Shown here: one piece after another, positions 35,951-44,161 of the stretch
Layout of the letters: each line of letters starts with the position of its first letter
How positions within the stretch are numbered: the stretch's first letter is position 1
Source: a virus
Lineage: Duplodnaviria; Caudoviricetes
IMG/VR virus record: IMGVR_UViG_3300036806_000085
Coordinates: 1-44,161 of that record
DNA: 44,161 bases
Strand: one strand, 5' to 3'
Translations under genes and position numbers: made by a program
The notes under the pieces: generated by a model
What the model was told of the DNA's origin: nothing
Databases searched by the model: none
What the model saw: the letters and a program-made list of their open reading frames with translations, nothing else

Positions 35951-36801
35951 GACTCGGGCGGCTTGCGTGCCGCTTCGAGCAAGGATTTCTGGCAAAGCAG
36001 CGCCGCGTTCACTTCGGCTTCCGTGAGCGGTTCGCCGCGGAACAGTTCGCCCAGCTTCGGCTCAATCAGTCGCCCACGGTTCTCGAGCGCCAAGCGGAAG
36101 TTTTCCGTGACGTATTCCAGCAGTCGGTCGAGTCGGTCGTTCCCGATCGCTCGGCCGTCCGGTCCGACGATGCCGTGCGCCATCTTCCCGTTGGTCACGA
36201 CCTTCTTTGCGTTCTTCGCATCACGCGCTTCCAGTTCAGCGGCGATTTTTCCGAGAATCGGGTAGCCTTCGCGCCACGCCTGGACTAGCCGCGTGTTCTT
36301 GTTCAACTGCTCGATGCACCGCTTCAGGAGTTCGGCGTTGTGCATCGTCGTTTCTGCCACGCGGTCCAAGTCGAGCCGAGTGCCGGCGCCGCGGTTGTTG
36401 AGCTCGCGCATGGCGTACGTGATGCCCAGCGTGTTGCAGAGGTTCAACCGGATCCAGTTCGCGAATCGGTGGACCTGAATGAAGACCTCGGCTACTAACC
36501 GGACCGGCAACGTCCGGAGTTGGTCGCGGGCCGGGACTTCGACGAAGCTCTCGCACGCACAGCTTTCGACATTGCATTTCTTCTTGCCGCCCGTGGCGAC
36601 CTGTTCGTGCTCGGCGCGCAGGTGCTTGCAGCCAAAGCACGGCATCGCCAGCGGCTTCAAGACGCCCATCGGCCGCGGGAACGGACGCGACTCGCCCGTC
36701 ACGGGAACCGTCATCCCTGCTGGCGTCTCATGCTCTGCGGGCGGCTGGTCGGATGCGTTGGGGATGGACCCGACGACCTTGCCCTGTTCGTTCTGCGTCA
36801 T
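35947..36801 (-). CDS. Hypothetical protein with Zn-finger-like motif and coiled coil
   Basis: CFGCKHLRAEH...CNVESCACESF. Confidence 0.75.
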   Translation of the reverse strand: MTQNEQGKVVGSIPNASDQPPAEHETPAGMTVPVTGESRPFPRPMGVLKPLAMPCFGCKHLRAEHEQVATGGKKKCNVESCACESFVEVPARDQLRTLPVRLVAEVFIQVHRFANWIRLNLCNTLGITYAMRELNNRGAGTRLDLDRVAETTMHNAELLKRCIEQLNKNTRLVQAWREGYPILGKIAAELEARDAKNAKKVVTNGKMAHGIVGPDGRAIGNDRLDRLLEYVTENFRLALENRGRLIEPKLGELFRGEPLTEAEVNAALLCQKSLLEAARKPPES

Positions 36802-37734
36802 TTACAGCGCCTTCTTGACGGCAGCTTCGACGGTCAGCGTTTCGTCCTTGATCCACTTCCAGAGCGCCACGACGCCCGCGTTGACGCCCGTCACGATCAC
36901 GCCGATTTCCTCGCGGAACTGCGTCTTCGGGATACTGACCATAATGCTCTTGCCGGCGACCTCACCCGTCTTCGTTTCGACCACCGCGACCGTCGACCCG
37001 ACTGGCAGGTGCTCGAGCACATCATCGGCCCCGATCGGATGCTCGGCCTTCCCCTTCGTCGGATGGTCCACCGTGACTGCCGTCTCCGATACCTTCGTGG
37101 CAATCGTGCCAACGGGCGCTGAATCCAGCGCGTGCGTCTGGTCCACCGCGAACGGCAGTTCGACCGCCGGCGCTCCCCTCACGCTGCCGATGTCGATCAC
37201 GTCCGCGTCGGCGCCGACCGTCGCGCTACCCTCGGGCGCTCCGCGTGGTGCTGGCGGCGAGACCACCGCGACCGGCGCCCCGTCGTAGAGGTCCGTCGCG
37301 GTCGCGATCGGCAACGCAATGCGCGCGGCGACGACCGCGATGGCCGGCTCGGCGAGCGGGATCAGCGCTTCGAGGGAATCCGAGAGCAGTCCGTCGCTTT
37401 TCAGGTTCTCGAGCATTTCGAGCGGCGGAATGCAACTCACCATCACGATCGGGAAGCCGTCGTTGTTGAGCACGATAACGTTGCCGAGTGCTGGGTTCGA
37501 TGGGTCCGATCCGGCGGCGAGCAGCGTGTCGAGATTCGCGTTCATCTCGGCGTTGTATCCCTCGCGGTTGATGATCGAGGCGTCGAACGTGAACGCTCCG
37601 CCTGGCGCCAGCACGCCACCGCGAAACTCTGCGCGTAACTCTGGGCCACTGCCCGCTCGCATCGTTGCCAACTTCGCGATCTGCTCGGCCGTTTCCGGTG
37701 ATCCGACGACGACGGTTCCCTGTTTCAGCTGCAT
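36802..37734 (-). CDS. Hypothetical acidic protein
   Basis: 310-aa ORF with GGAG RBS, abutting both neighbours. Confidence 0.75.
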   Translation of the reverse strand: MQLKQGTVVVGSPETAEQIAKLATMRAGSGPELRAEFRGGVLAPGGAFTFDASIINREGYNAEMNANLDTLLAAGSDPSNPALGNVIVLNNDGFPIVMVSCIPPLEMLENLKSDGLLSDSLEALIPLAEPAIAVVAARIALPIATATDLYDGAPVAVVSPPAPRGAPEGSATVGADADVIDIGSVRGAPAVELPFAVDQTHALDSAPVGTIATKVSETAVTVDHPTKGKAEHPIGADDVLEHLPVGSTVAVVETKTGEVAGKSIMVSIPKTQFREEIGVIVTGVNAGVVALWKWIKDETLTVEAAVKKAL

Positions 37735-37735
37735 G

Positions 37736-38335
37736 CTACTTCTCCGGTGAGTGGGTGGGTACAGTGGGTAACACAGTGATGGTGAGTTCTAAACGTGGCC
37801 GGTCAATGTCCACACCGGCGCGGATCCACGTGACGCGGTCCAGTTGCGAGTCATCTTCGTACACGATTCCGGTGAGGGCATCGTGCACCATTTTCGCGTA
37901 GTTCGCAATATCCCGGCGCGAACTTCTGTTCGGCTCGAACATGCGCGCCACGAGCATCAACCGTCCTTGGAGTGGGTGAACCGGATAGGCGCCGTTCGTC
38001 ATTTGGTCACGAAGTTCGTCTTCGGCTTTCTTCTTTCCAGCGCGATACGCCGCCGACAGAATCAGCACGGGCCTTCCGCCGCGGTACGCCGGCGCGTACT
38101 TGGCGTTGTCCGGGACGAGGAATGACCATGGAAGCACCAACTCGGCACACGCCACAGCCAGTCGACGTGCGCACATTTCTGGTAATTCGACCGCCACTTC
38201 GCGACCGGCTGGTCCGTCGTCCGTGACGCTGCGGCCGGCGCGGCGATTGATGTTCCGTCGGTCAACCTCCGCGCTCCTCTCGGCGACCGTCATGTCGTTC
38301 CAGTTTTTCACGACTTCCGAATCCAGAACTGCCAC
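37736..38335 (-). CDS. rusA: RusA-family Holliday junction resolvase
   Basis: RRDIANYAKMVHDALTGIVYEDDSQL matches the RusA D-x-(D)-N-x-x-K...D-A-L...DD motif. Start uncertain. Confidence 0.88.
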   Translation of the reverse strand: MAVLDSEVVKNWNDMTVAERSAEVDRRNINRRAGRSVTDDGPAGREVAVELPEMCARRLAVACAELVLPWSFLVPDNAKYAPAYRGGRPVLILSAAYRAGKKKAEDELRDQMTNGAYPVHPLQGRLMLVARMFEPNRSSRRDIANYAKMVHDALTGIVYEDDSQLDRVTWIRAGVDIDRPRLELTITVLPTVPTHSPEK

Positions 38336-38489
38336 GTGAGATATGCGACACTCACCACGATCAGCACGAAAGACGCGAGGTCGAACGCTTCAAGCCGATG
38401 AAACCAGCGCCGTTTTGTGCCTGCCATTTCCGACTCCTCTCGTTGCCGTGGTGGGTTCCCGCGTACACGCGCACGTAGTAGGCTGTTGC

Positions 38490-38605
38490 TTAAAAGCTTT
38501 TAACTTCAACGACATAGATGTAGCGACACGGGAAAGCGAACCAGCTTTGTTGATAGATCGTGTGGATATGTGCACAAGTCGGCACTTTCCCACAGAGTTT
38601 CCACA
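38490..38605. other. Putative replication origin: AT-rich palindrome plus four DnaA-box-like 9-mers
   Basis: TTAAAAGCTTTTAA (38490-38503), TGTGGATAT (38561), TGTGCACAA (38569), TTTCCCACA (38586) and GTTTCCACA (38597), all in a ~275-bp non-coding gap. Confidence 0.6.
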
Positions 38606-38610
38606 GACAG

Positions 38611-39021
38611 TTAGGCAGGAATCGGCACGTCGCGCACCAGCGAATCCCACACTTGGAGCTCACGGTGCCGGCGCTCGAACCGTGTCTTGACGAGCTCGCC
38701 GACCGCCTTCTTGATCAGTCCATTGTTCGCTGCGATCCGGAACAGCGGGCCGAGTGCGCTGGCGTTGTGCGTGGTCGGCGTGGATCCTTCGAGCGCCTTC
38801 CAGACATCGTCGGCCGAGAGTTTCGCCTGGTGCCTGGCGACCGAGACGAGCGCCGCGTACGCCGTCTGCTTCCAGCGGTTGTCGGCGTGGTCGTGGACGG
38901 CCTGTATTCCGGCCTCAGTGGCTTCGTGGACGGCCAAACTCCCTGCGGCAAGGGGTAAGTCCGCCCACTGGTCGGTCGGCGGCGCCTTGGAGCCGATGAT
39001 GTCGTCATCAAAGTACTTCAT
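38611..39021 (-). CDS. Hypothetical protein, possible winged-helix
   Basis: LSADDVW...ALGPLFRIAANNGLIKK...HRELQVW. AGGA RBS. Confidence 0.7.
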   Translation of the reverse strand: MKYFDDDIIGSKAPPTDQWADLPLAAGSLAVHEATEAGIQAVHDHADNRWKQTAYAALVSVARHQAKLSADDVWKALEGSTPTTHNASALGPLFRIAANNGLIKKAVGELVKTRFERRHRELQVWDSLVRDVPIPA

Positions 39022-39024
39022 GTC

Positions 39025-39330
39025 CTACGCTCCGGGAGTTGGTTTTTCAGACTGCACCAGCACAGCTTTTTGACGCGTTACTGATCTGTTGATGGGTGCG
39101 ATGGGAAGCTCACTCAGTGCGAGCCGCTGGATGCGCTTCGCCGCGCGTGCCGTCAGGCCGAGGCCCCACGATTCATGCGCCGCATCGAAGACACAGGCGC
39201 ACCGCTGACGGCGTGGCAGGGCGTGGAGCGACGGCTTGGCGTGCGCCAGAATCTCGTCGAGCGAGTAGGCATCAACCGCGCGTTCGCCAAACTGCTTTGC
39301 TCGCTTGATGCGGATACGGTGATTACTCAC
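39025..39330 (-). CDS. Hypothetical basic protein
   Basis: GTGA overlap, GGAGGG upstream. Confidence 0.55.
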   Translation of the reverse strand: MSNHRIRIKRAKQFGERAVDAYSLDEILAHAKPSLHALPRRQRCACVFDAAHESWGLGLTARAAKRIQRLALSELPIAPINRSVTRQKAVLVQSEKPTPGA

Positions 39331-39527
39331 GGGGTCGTCCCTCCCGCAGTCTTTTTGGACATCAACTTGCGCTCCTTATTCCAGCCTCGCGCGAGTCGTG
39401 ACCAGTTCCAGTCGATCGCGCTTTCGCAGCAGTCGTTCCAGATCGTCCAATGCCCTTCGCCGTTCTCCGTTCGCGTCATGGAGACGGGCTTCCCGTGCTG
39501 GCAAGGCGCAAGATTCACGTTTGGCAT
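39327..39527 (-). CDS. Small hypothetical protein
   Basis: 66 aa, GGAG RBS, PCQHG...DCC...WN pattern. Confidence 0.55.
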   Translation of the reverse strand: MPNVNLAPCQHGKPVSMTRTENGEGHWTIWNDCCESAIDWNWSRLARGWNKERKLMSKKTAGGTTP

Positions 39528-39528
39528 T

Positions 39529-39753
39529 CTATCTCTCCGGTGTCGCCGGGGGTACTGAGGAACGGGCTGGGACGCTGACCGAGATACATTTGCCGTCGAT
39601 CATCATCATGGCGCTGAATCCTTGCCGCACCTTCGGTTGGATGACGGCCGGCCGCGCCGCGAGTGCTCGCATCGCCTTCTTCGCTCGGCGTGCGCACCCG
39701 CGACATGCCCCAATGACGCCGACCTTGCCGCCGCACTTCGCGCAGGTAATCAC
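39529..39753 (-). CDS. Small Zn-finger-like hypothetical protein
   Basis: CAKC...CRGC. GGAG RBS and GTGA overlap. Confidence 0.55.
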   Translation of the reverse strand: MITCAKCGGKVGVIGACRGCARRAKKAMRALAARPAVIQPKVRQGFSAMMMIDGKCISVSVPARSSVPPATPER

Positions 39754-40361
39754 CTATTCTCCTCCGAGGGTGCCGCTGAGACGGGGGGATATACTATGCG
39801 CGGTGCGACACTCAGGTCGAGATACGGCGCGGGGATGCCTTTGAGCGGAAGCGCGTAGGCCAGTCGTCCGAACGGTTTGACCTCGCGGCTCTGCTTCATG
39901 TGGGTCTTGCCGCCCTCGTAACTCAAGCCGAGCGCGATGAAGTTGTCAGCGATGGACTCCACCAGTTCGTCCGGGTCGCACGCTTCGTCCGTCCACGGCA
40001 CGGCCACCACATCCACGTCGCGACGCAGGGTGCCGTGCACGGCCAGCGCGTAGCCCTTCGAGCGAGCGTGGACACGGGCATAGAAAATCGCGTCCCGCAC
40101 CTTCTCCATCCAGCCGCCCAACTCATGCTCTGAGATCGCATCGCGTGAAGGTTCCCGCACCGCGTCCCGGACGGAGGGCGAGGGAGGGACGGCAATCGGC
40201 GTAGCTGTGTAGTACTCCATGACCGCCTTACTCCAGCTGTTTCCGCGATCACGCGAAGGCGGGGCTTGCCAGTACAGAAAGTTGGCTCTCTCAGCAATCT
40301 TCTGATGATCGGCGTCCGCGCGCAACGGCTGATCTGGGGTCCACGGTGTCGGCTCGGTCAT
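39750..40361 (-). CDS. Hypothetical protein with nucleotidyltransferase-like motif
   Basis: GYALAVHGTLRRDVDVVAVPW...YLDLSV. Confidence 0.7.
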   Translation of the reverse strand: MTEPTPWTPDQPLRADADHQKIAERANFLYWQAPPSRDRGNSWSKAVMEYYTATPIAVPPSPSVRDAVREPSRDAISEHELGGWMEKVRDAIFYARVHARSKGYALAVHGTLRRDVDVVAVPWTDEACDPDELVESIADNFIALGLSYEGGKTHMKQSREVKPFGRLAYALPLKGIPAPYLDLSVAPRIVYPPVSAAPSEENR

Positions 40362-40573
40362 TTCGGGGCTCCTGGTGAGGGCTTGGCCGTCTTGGGTCGA
40401 GGCAGATACGCGACGTACACCTTGTTGAGCGGCAGGAAGAGTGCGACTTCATCCCCCTGCGCTTTCACCGGCGTCGTCGCCCACTCCATCATGTCGATGA
40501 TGCGCAATGTCCGGTCGCCGGTCTCGGCGCGGAGCTCGGACACGATGGCACTTTCGAGGCTTCGGAGGCTCAT
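40358..40573 (-). CDS. Small hypothetical protein
   Basis: MSLRSLESAIV... AGGAG RBS, ATGA overlaps. Confidence 0.6.
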   Translation of the reverse strand: MSLRSLESAIVSELRAETGDRTLRIIDMMEWATTPVKAQGDEVALFLPLNKVYVAYLPRPKTAKPSPGAPK

Positions 40574-41274
40574 GGCGTCTCCTGTTGCGCTGTGAGGTAG
40601 GCCCGAAGTTCTTTCGCGCACCATGCAATGTTGTCTGTATCGCCTCGAACAACGGCGTCTCCGTGTTCGAGTTCGTGCAGGATGGCCGCGAGGCGGCTGT
40701 CGGTCGTGATGGGTGTGGGCGTCTCCGCCGACGCTCCTGAGATGAGATAAGGAATGGTTTGCGTCAGTGCGTCCGCAGCTTCGCGGCGCGTGATGCTCAC
40801 CCCATGCCGAAGGAGAATCTTCGCGAGCCGTTCTGCCGCTGGCGCATCTTCTTCGACCGGCTCATATGATGGTCTACGATTTGCGGGCGTCTCCGCCGAC
40901 ACGGGGGACTCGGCTGGCGACTGATTGAGCAGGAAGCGCACGATGGCGTCCCGCTGGTCGAACGGCATTTTCTCCGCAAACCGTGGCCACCGCTCATTCA
41001 GTGTCCGGTGCAGTTGTGCCACGACCTCACGGTAGTCCGGTGTGGCGCTCTCCTGCTCTGGAAGTCCTTCGACATGATCGGCTACCTTCGCCTGGGCTCT
41101 CGTGAGCAGGATAACCGCGTCCGTCAGGTGAATGGATGCTCCGGCGCGTTCCACGGCATCCACCGCGGCGGCGATTGCGCGCTCTGTCGGCGTCCATTGG
41201 TCCATGCAGTTGCGGCGAGGGAAGTCGCTTCCAAAACGCGGCACGGTACGCGGGAGGTTCGTGGGATCGGTCAC
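40570..41274 (-). CDS. Hypothetical modular phage protein
   Basis: PRRNCMDQWTPTERAIAAAVDAVERAGA...LTDAV domain plus Pro-rich linkers. GGAG RBS. Confidence 0.7.
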   Translation of the reverse strand: MTDPTNLPRTVPRFGSDFPRRNCMDQWTPTERAIAAAVDAVERAGASIHLTDAVILLTRAQAKVADHVEGLPEQESATPDYREVVAQLHRTLNERWPRFAEKMPFDQRDAIVRFLLNQSPAESPVSAETPANRRPSYEPVEEDAPAAERLAKILLRHGVSITRREAADALTQTIPYLISGASAETPTPITTDSRLAAILHELEHGDAVVRGDTDNIAWCAKELRAYLTAQQETP

Positions 41275-41792
41275 GGGGCGATCTCCCGCGCAGCGAACTC
41301 TCGCACCAGCCGCACGGCCGCGGCCCCACTCGTCATCGCCTCATATTCGGCCCCACTGAGTTTGCCGTTCGCCAGAAACGGCGCGCAGGCCTTCTCGTCG
41401 TGCCACAAGGCGGAGAATCGTTTGGCGATCTGCTCGCCAGAAAAAGCGCTCTCCTGCTCCGGAAGGGCGGTTGGAATCGGTATTTCCAATCGGGACACGA
41501 TCAGTGCGTTGAGACTGACGCCCGCTCCGCTGGCTTCCTCGGCCATCGCGCGGTGCAAGTCAGCGCCGAGTCGGAGCAAGATGCGACCCGAATAGGTGCG
41601 GTTGGGTGCTTCACCGCGTGTCTCGCACATCGCGAGATAGTCGTCCACCGACGCGTGAAAGGCCCACTCGATTCCCTCAACCGATGTCGCCTCGAAGGTC
41701 ACGACATCAACTACGGCATCCACGGTGCCGAACAGCACGTGTGCGTCATCATCGAACACCACGCTCGCGCGATACCCGCGATACGGCTTCAT
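41271..41792 (-). CDS. hicB: HicB-family antitoxin with C-terminal extension (no cognate hicA)
   Basis: YRGYRASVVFDDD..LFGTV...VTFEATSV...AFHASVDDYLAMC...YSGRILLRL...LH...GVSLNALI. Confidence 0.88.
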   Translation of the reverse strand: MKPYRGYRASVVFDDDAHVLFGTVDAVVDVVTFEATSVEGIEWAFHASVDDYLAMCETRGEAPNRTYSGRILLRLGADLHRAMAEEASGAGVSLNALIVSRLEIPIPTALPEQESAFSGEQIAKRFSALWHDEKACAPFLANGKLSGAEYEAMTSGAAAVRLVREFAAREIAP

Positions 41793-42559
41793 CGCGCCAC
41801 CTCGGATTTGAGTGCACGGCACGTCGGTACGGCGCAAACGAACGCCTGACGTTGTCCAGCGGTTGTCGGGGCAGGGCCGGCGATCCACTCATGCTCGTGA
41901 ACTGGCGTGGTCGGCTCCTGCTCTACTGGTGGAAGGGCGGCGGCTGGGGGGTGCAGTCGGTATCCAGCTTTCAGGATGGCTTCTGCCGCGTCGTAGCCGA
42001 CCTCGCGGACATACTCGCTGCTCGTCACACCCCCATACCACCACGGAAGCGTTGCGAGCGCATCCAGCATTTCACGGGTTGGCGGCTCCGGTGCGCTCTC
42101 CTGCACGACTGCGGGGTGGAGCGCGGCCAGCGCGTTCTGCATGACGCTGGTTTCTTCGGCAAAGCCCATCGCTGCGGGACGTTTGCCGAGTTCCGCATTG
42201 CAAAGCACGTAGCCGTCGTGCGCGAGAATGCCGAGCAACTTGTCGGCGCTAACCGGCGGTGCGCTCTCCTGCATCAGGCGCTTGGCTGGCGCGTCCAGCA
42301 CGTCCGCAATCGCGCGGTGATCAGCGGCCGTCATGTTGAGCGCCACCGTTCGCACGAATGGAGTGCGGGCGCGTGCCGACTCATTCCATCGCTGGTGCAA
42401 GGAATAGCCACTTGTCCCCGCCTCAATGGTCTTGATGCCGACGCAGTTCCACGGCGCTACGTCCTGCACCGGATCGTACTCCCACACACTCCCATCGCTC
42501 AACGTGACGGTGCGCGGGGTCGGGTCTTGGGCGATCTGCTCGGTCATCGGGTTAGACAT
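41789..42559 (-). CDS. Hypothetical modular phage protein
   Basis: 256 aa with repeated QESAP linkers and a C-terminal HEHEW...CAVPTC motif. GGAG RBS. Confidence 0.7.
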   Translation of the reverse strand: MSNPMTEQIAQDPTPRTVTLSDGSVWEYDPVQDVAPWNCVGIKTIEAGTSGYSLHQRWNESARARTPFVRTVALNMTAADHRAIADVLDAPAKRLMQESAPPVSADKLLGILAHDGYVLCNAELGKRPAAMGFAEETSVMQNALAALHPAVVQESAPEPPTREMLDALATLPWWYGGVTSSEYVREVGYDAAEAILKAGYRLHPPAAALPPVEQEPTTPVHEHEWIAGPAPTTAGQRQAFVCAVPTCRALKSEVAR

Positions 42560-43241
42560 GGGCGGTCTCCTTTGGAAGAAGGCGCAAGGCGTCAGCGGTC
42601 ATGCGTTCGAGTGCCCGCACCGCGCCCGGTCCTTCGGCTTCGGCTGGCTCGCGGAGCAACGGGAGGCCGGAGTCGATCGACGCCATGACTTCCGCGCGCG
42701 TGGCCGTTCGCCCTTCGCAAATCCAGATGGTTTCGCGGGGCGCGCCGATGCGAAAGAGGACGCCGGAAGCCACGCGCATCACGCCGTAGTCTTTCGTCAC
42801 CCACACCAGCGCCACACCGGGATTTCGCTTGAGCCCGACGCCGGCCGAGGGCTGGGTCTCCGCCGGCGTCCCTGCTTCCCGCCGCTGCGCCTTCGGCATC
42901 GTGAGGAACGGACAGGTGCGGGCCGCAAACTCGGCACACTCTCGATGCGATGGCGGCTCACTGCTCACACGGTTGACGGCGCACATCGGTCCCACGACGA
43001 ACGCGAGCCACGCGCCCAGCCGTTCCCCGCAAATCCAGCACCGGCTCTGATTGTGCGCGATAGCGAGCTTCGGCGTGTCGATCACGCGAAAGTCCGGCGT
43101 GCCGTCGAACCACGCAACGAACCACGGCACCGGATACCCGCGATGGTCTACCGCCAACTTCGCGATCCGCTCCGGTATCGGGATGCCGAACTCTCGCACC
43201 TTGGTTGTCCTCGGCTCGCGCTGCGCGGTCTGGTTAGACAT
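42552..43241 (-). CDS. Conserved-looking Cys/His-rich phage protein
   Basis: RGYPVPWFVAW...CWICG...GPMC...EPPSHRECA...CPFL. AGGAG RBS. Confidence 0.8.
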   Translation of the reverse strand: MSNQTAQREPRTTKVREFGIPIPERIAKLAVDHRGYPVPWFVAWFDGTPDFRVIDTPKLAIAHNQSRCWICGERLGAWLAFVVGPMCAVNRVSSEPPSHRECAEFAARTCPFLTMPKAQRREAGTPAETQPSAGVGLKRNPGVALVWVTKDYGVMRVASGVLFRIGAPRETIWICEGRTATRAEVMASIDSGLPLLREPAEAEGPGAVRALERMTADALRLLPKETAHV

Positions 43242-43292
43242 ACTCAAATACTCCTGTGAGACGCGGAACTGATCTTTCGTTGGGTGCGGTTG

Positions 43293-43700
43293 TTAAGCTG
43301 ACTCAGCGCCAGCGAAGGTCGGGTGCTGGCCTTTCATGTGTCGCGCGAGATTCTCGAACGTCCGCTTACAGCACGGGCAGACCCCGTGCTTGACGCGGTT
43401 CTTGATGCGCGTCGTGACGCCACGCGCGGCGGAGGCTCGCCGCTGTTCGCGCGCGGCCAGTTCTCGATTCTGCCGTGCCGATTCCTCGGCCTGTTCCGTC
43501 CGATGTTTCTGGCGAGCAAGATCATCTTTCGCGCGCTGGAGTTCCGTCGTGGTGTAGCACTGCTGGTGGCCGTTCGGACACCAGAAATCGCCGCCAATCT
43601 CTTGGCGCCGCCGTTGCATCTCCGCAGGCATGCCGAACCGCACGGAGCACTTATAACACGTCACGACGGCAAGGGTGCTGACATCAACTTGTGTACTCAC
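43293..43700 (-). CDS. Zn-finger / coiled-coil protein
   Basis: CYKC...CPNGH, coiled coil, then CPCC...HMKGQH (C2H2-like). GTG 43700 overlaps the upstream TGA. AGGAG RBS. Confidence 0.8.
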   Translation of the reverse strand: MSTQVDVSTLAVVTCYKCSVRFGMPAEMQRRRQEIGGDFWCPNGHQQCYTTTELQRAKDDLARQKHRTEQAEESARQNRELAAREQRRASAARGVTTRIKNRVKHGVCPCCKRTFENLARHMKGQHPTFAGAESA

Positions 43701-44161
43701 GGGGTCGGCTCCTGAGGGGCCTGTCCGACCGCGCATGCCCCAATCAGCACGCGGACATACTCCTTCAGCAAGCGCGTAGCGAGCGGGCGGTTCGTCTTGC
43801 GCCACGCGTCCGCAGCCGCATCCGCAGCCGCATCCGCAGCCGCAGCCGCAACCGCATACGCAACCGCATCCGCAGCCGCAGCCGCATACGCAACCGCAGC
43901 CGCATACGCAACCGCATCCGCAGCCGCAACCGCATCCGCAACCGCATCCGCAGCCGCAGCCGCAACCGCATCCGCAACCGCATCCGCAGCCGCATACGCA
44001 ACCGCAGCCGCATACGCAACCGCATCCGCAGCCGCAACCGCATCCGCAGCCGCAACCGCATACGCAACCGCAACCGCAGCCGCAACCGCATCCGCAGCCG
44101 CATACGCAACCGCAGCCGCATACGCAACCGCATCCGCAGCCGCATCCGCGGCCGCATCCGC
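43697..44161 (-). CDS. Ala-rich repeat protein, C-terminal part
   Basis: The Ala frame ends ...AADAWRKTNRPLATRLLKEYVRVLIGACAVGQAPQEPTP* (TGA 43699-43697). In frame with ATG 647 when position 1 is equated with 44031. Confidence 0.8.
   Translation of the reverse strand, partial: ADAAADAAADAVAYAAAVAYAAADAVAAAVAVAYAVAAADAVAAADAVAYAAAVAYAAADAVADAVAAAAADAVADAVAAADAVAYAAAVAYAAAAADAVAYAVAAAAADAAADAAADAWRKTNRPLATRLLKEYVRVLIGACAVGQAPQEPTP
43808..44161. repeat. Degenerate hexamer tandem array, right part (includes terminal repeat copy 44031-44156)
   Basis: Visible directly. Confidence 0.95.

Larger units (their letters stand above)
1..44161. mobile_element. Apparently complete circularly permuted podovirus genome (BPP-1/epsilon15/T7-like virion module)
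   Basis: Full set of terminase, portal, scaffold, capsid, cement, tail adaptor/nozzle, ejection, tailspike and lysis genes. No tape measure protein and no host housekeeping flanks. Ends overlap. Confidence 0.93.

Noticed and set aside
44031-44156. Biological direct terminal repeats of the virion DNA
   Set aside because: The overlap falls in a low-complexity coding repeat and is k-mer sized, so an assembly break is more likely.
43765-44157. ORF-track protein of (MR/LR)n dipeptides
   Set aside because: Alternative frame of the hexamer array. The Ala frame has an RBS-supported start, unique flanking domains and stop/start coupling to the next gene.
1-44161. dif/Xer site to complete the chromosome mimicry; specific host assignment
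   Set aside because: No dif-like 28-mer was recognised by eye. The host cannot be named from sequence alone; only a GC-rich, probably diderm, bacterium is suggested.

Overview
The window looks like a complete, circularly permuted genome of a ~44.0 kb GC-rich podovirus. Bases 1-126 recur at 44031-44156, and one Ala-repeat gene reads in frame across that join. Almost all genes are on the minus strand and translationally coupled. Reading along the minus strand: small accessory genes (Zn-finger proteins, orphan HicB, RusA), terminase small and large subunits, tRNA-Met(CAU), a GNAT-like protein, a BPP-1/epsilon15/T7-like virion module (portal, scaffold, major capsid, cement, tail adaptor and nozzle, three ejection proteins including a 2403-aa polyvalent protein, tailspike), a lysis cassette, tRNA-Thr(CGU), and an HTH-Gp157-Bet-HNH block. 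I recognise no integrase, replication initiator, helicase, primase, polymerase or ParA/ParB. The genome nevertheless carries a perfect chromosomal parS palindrome (32810-32825) and an oriC-like DnaA-box cluster (38490-38605). This suggests a phage maintained as a cis-only mimic of the host chromosome (inference). Other oddities: a membrane PAS protein heading the lysis cassette, a deoxyhypusine/homospermidine synthase and a glycosyltransferase among the virion genes, a signal-peptide-like leader on the capsid protein, matching leaderless promoters, and a small transcript containing a two-codon minigene that terminates on parS. All family calls come from motif recognition by eye; no database searches were run.
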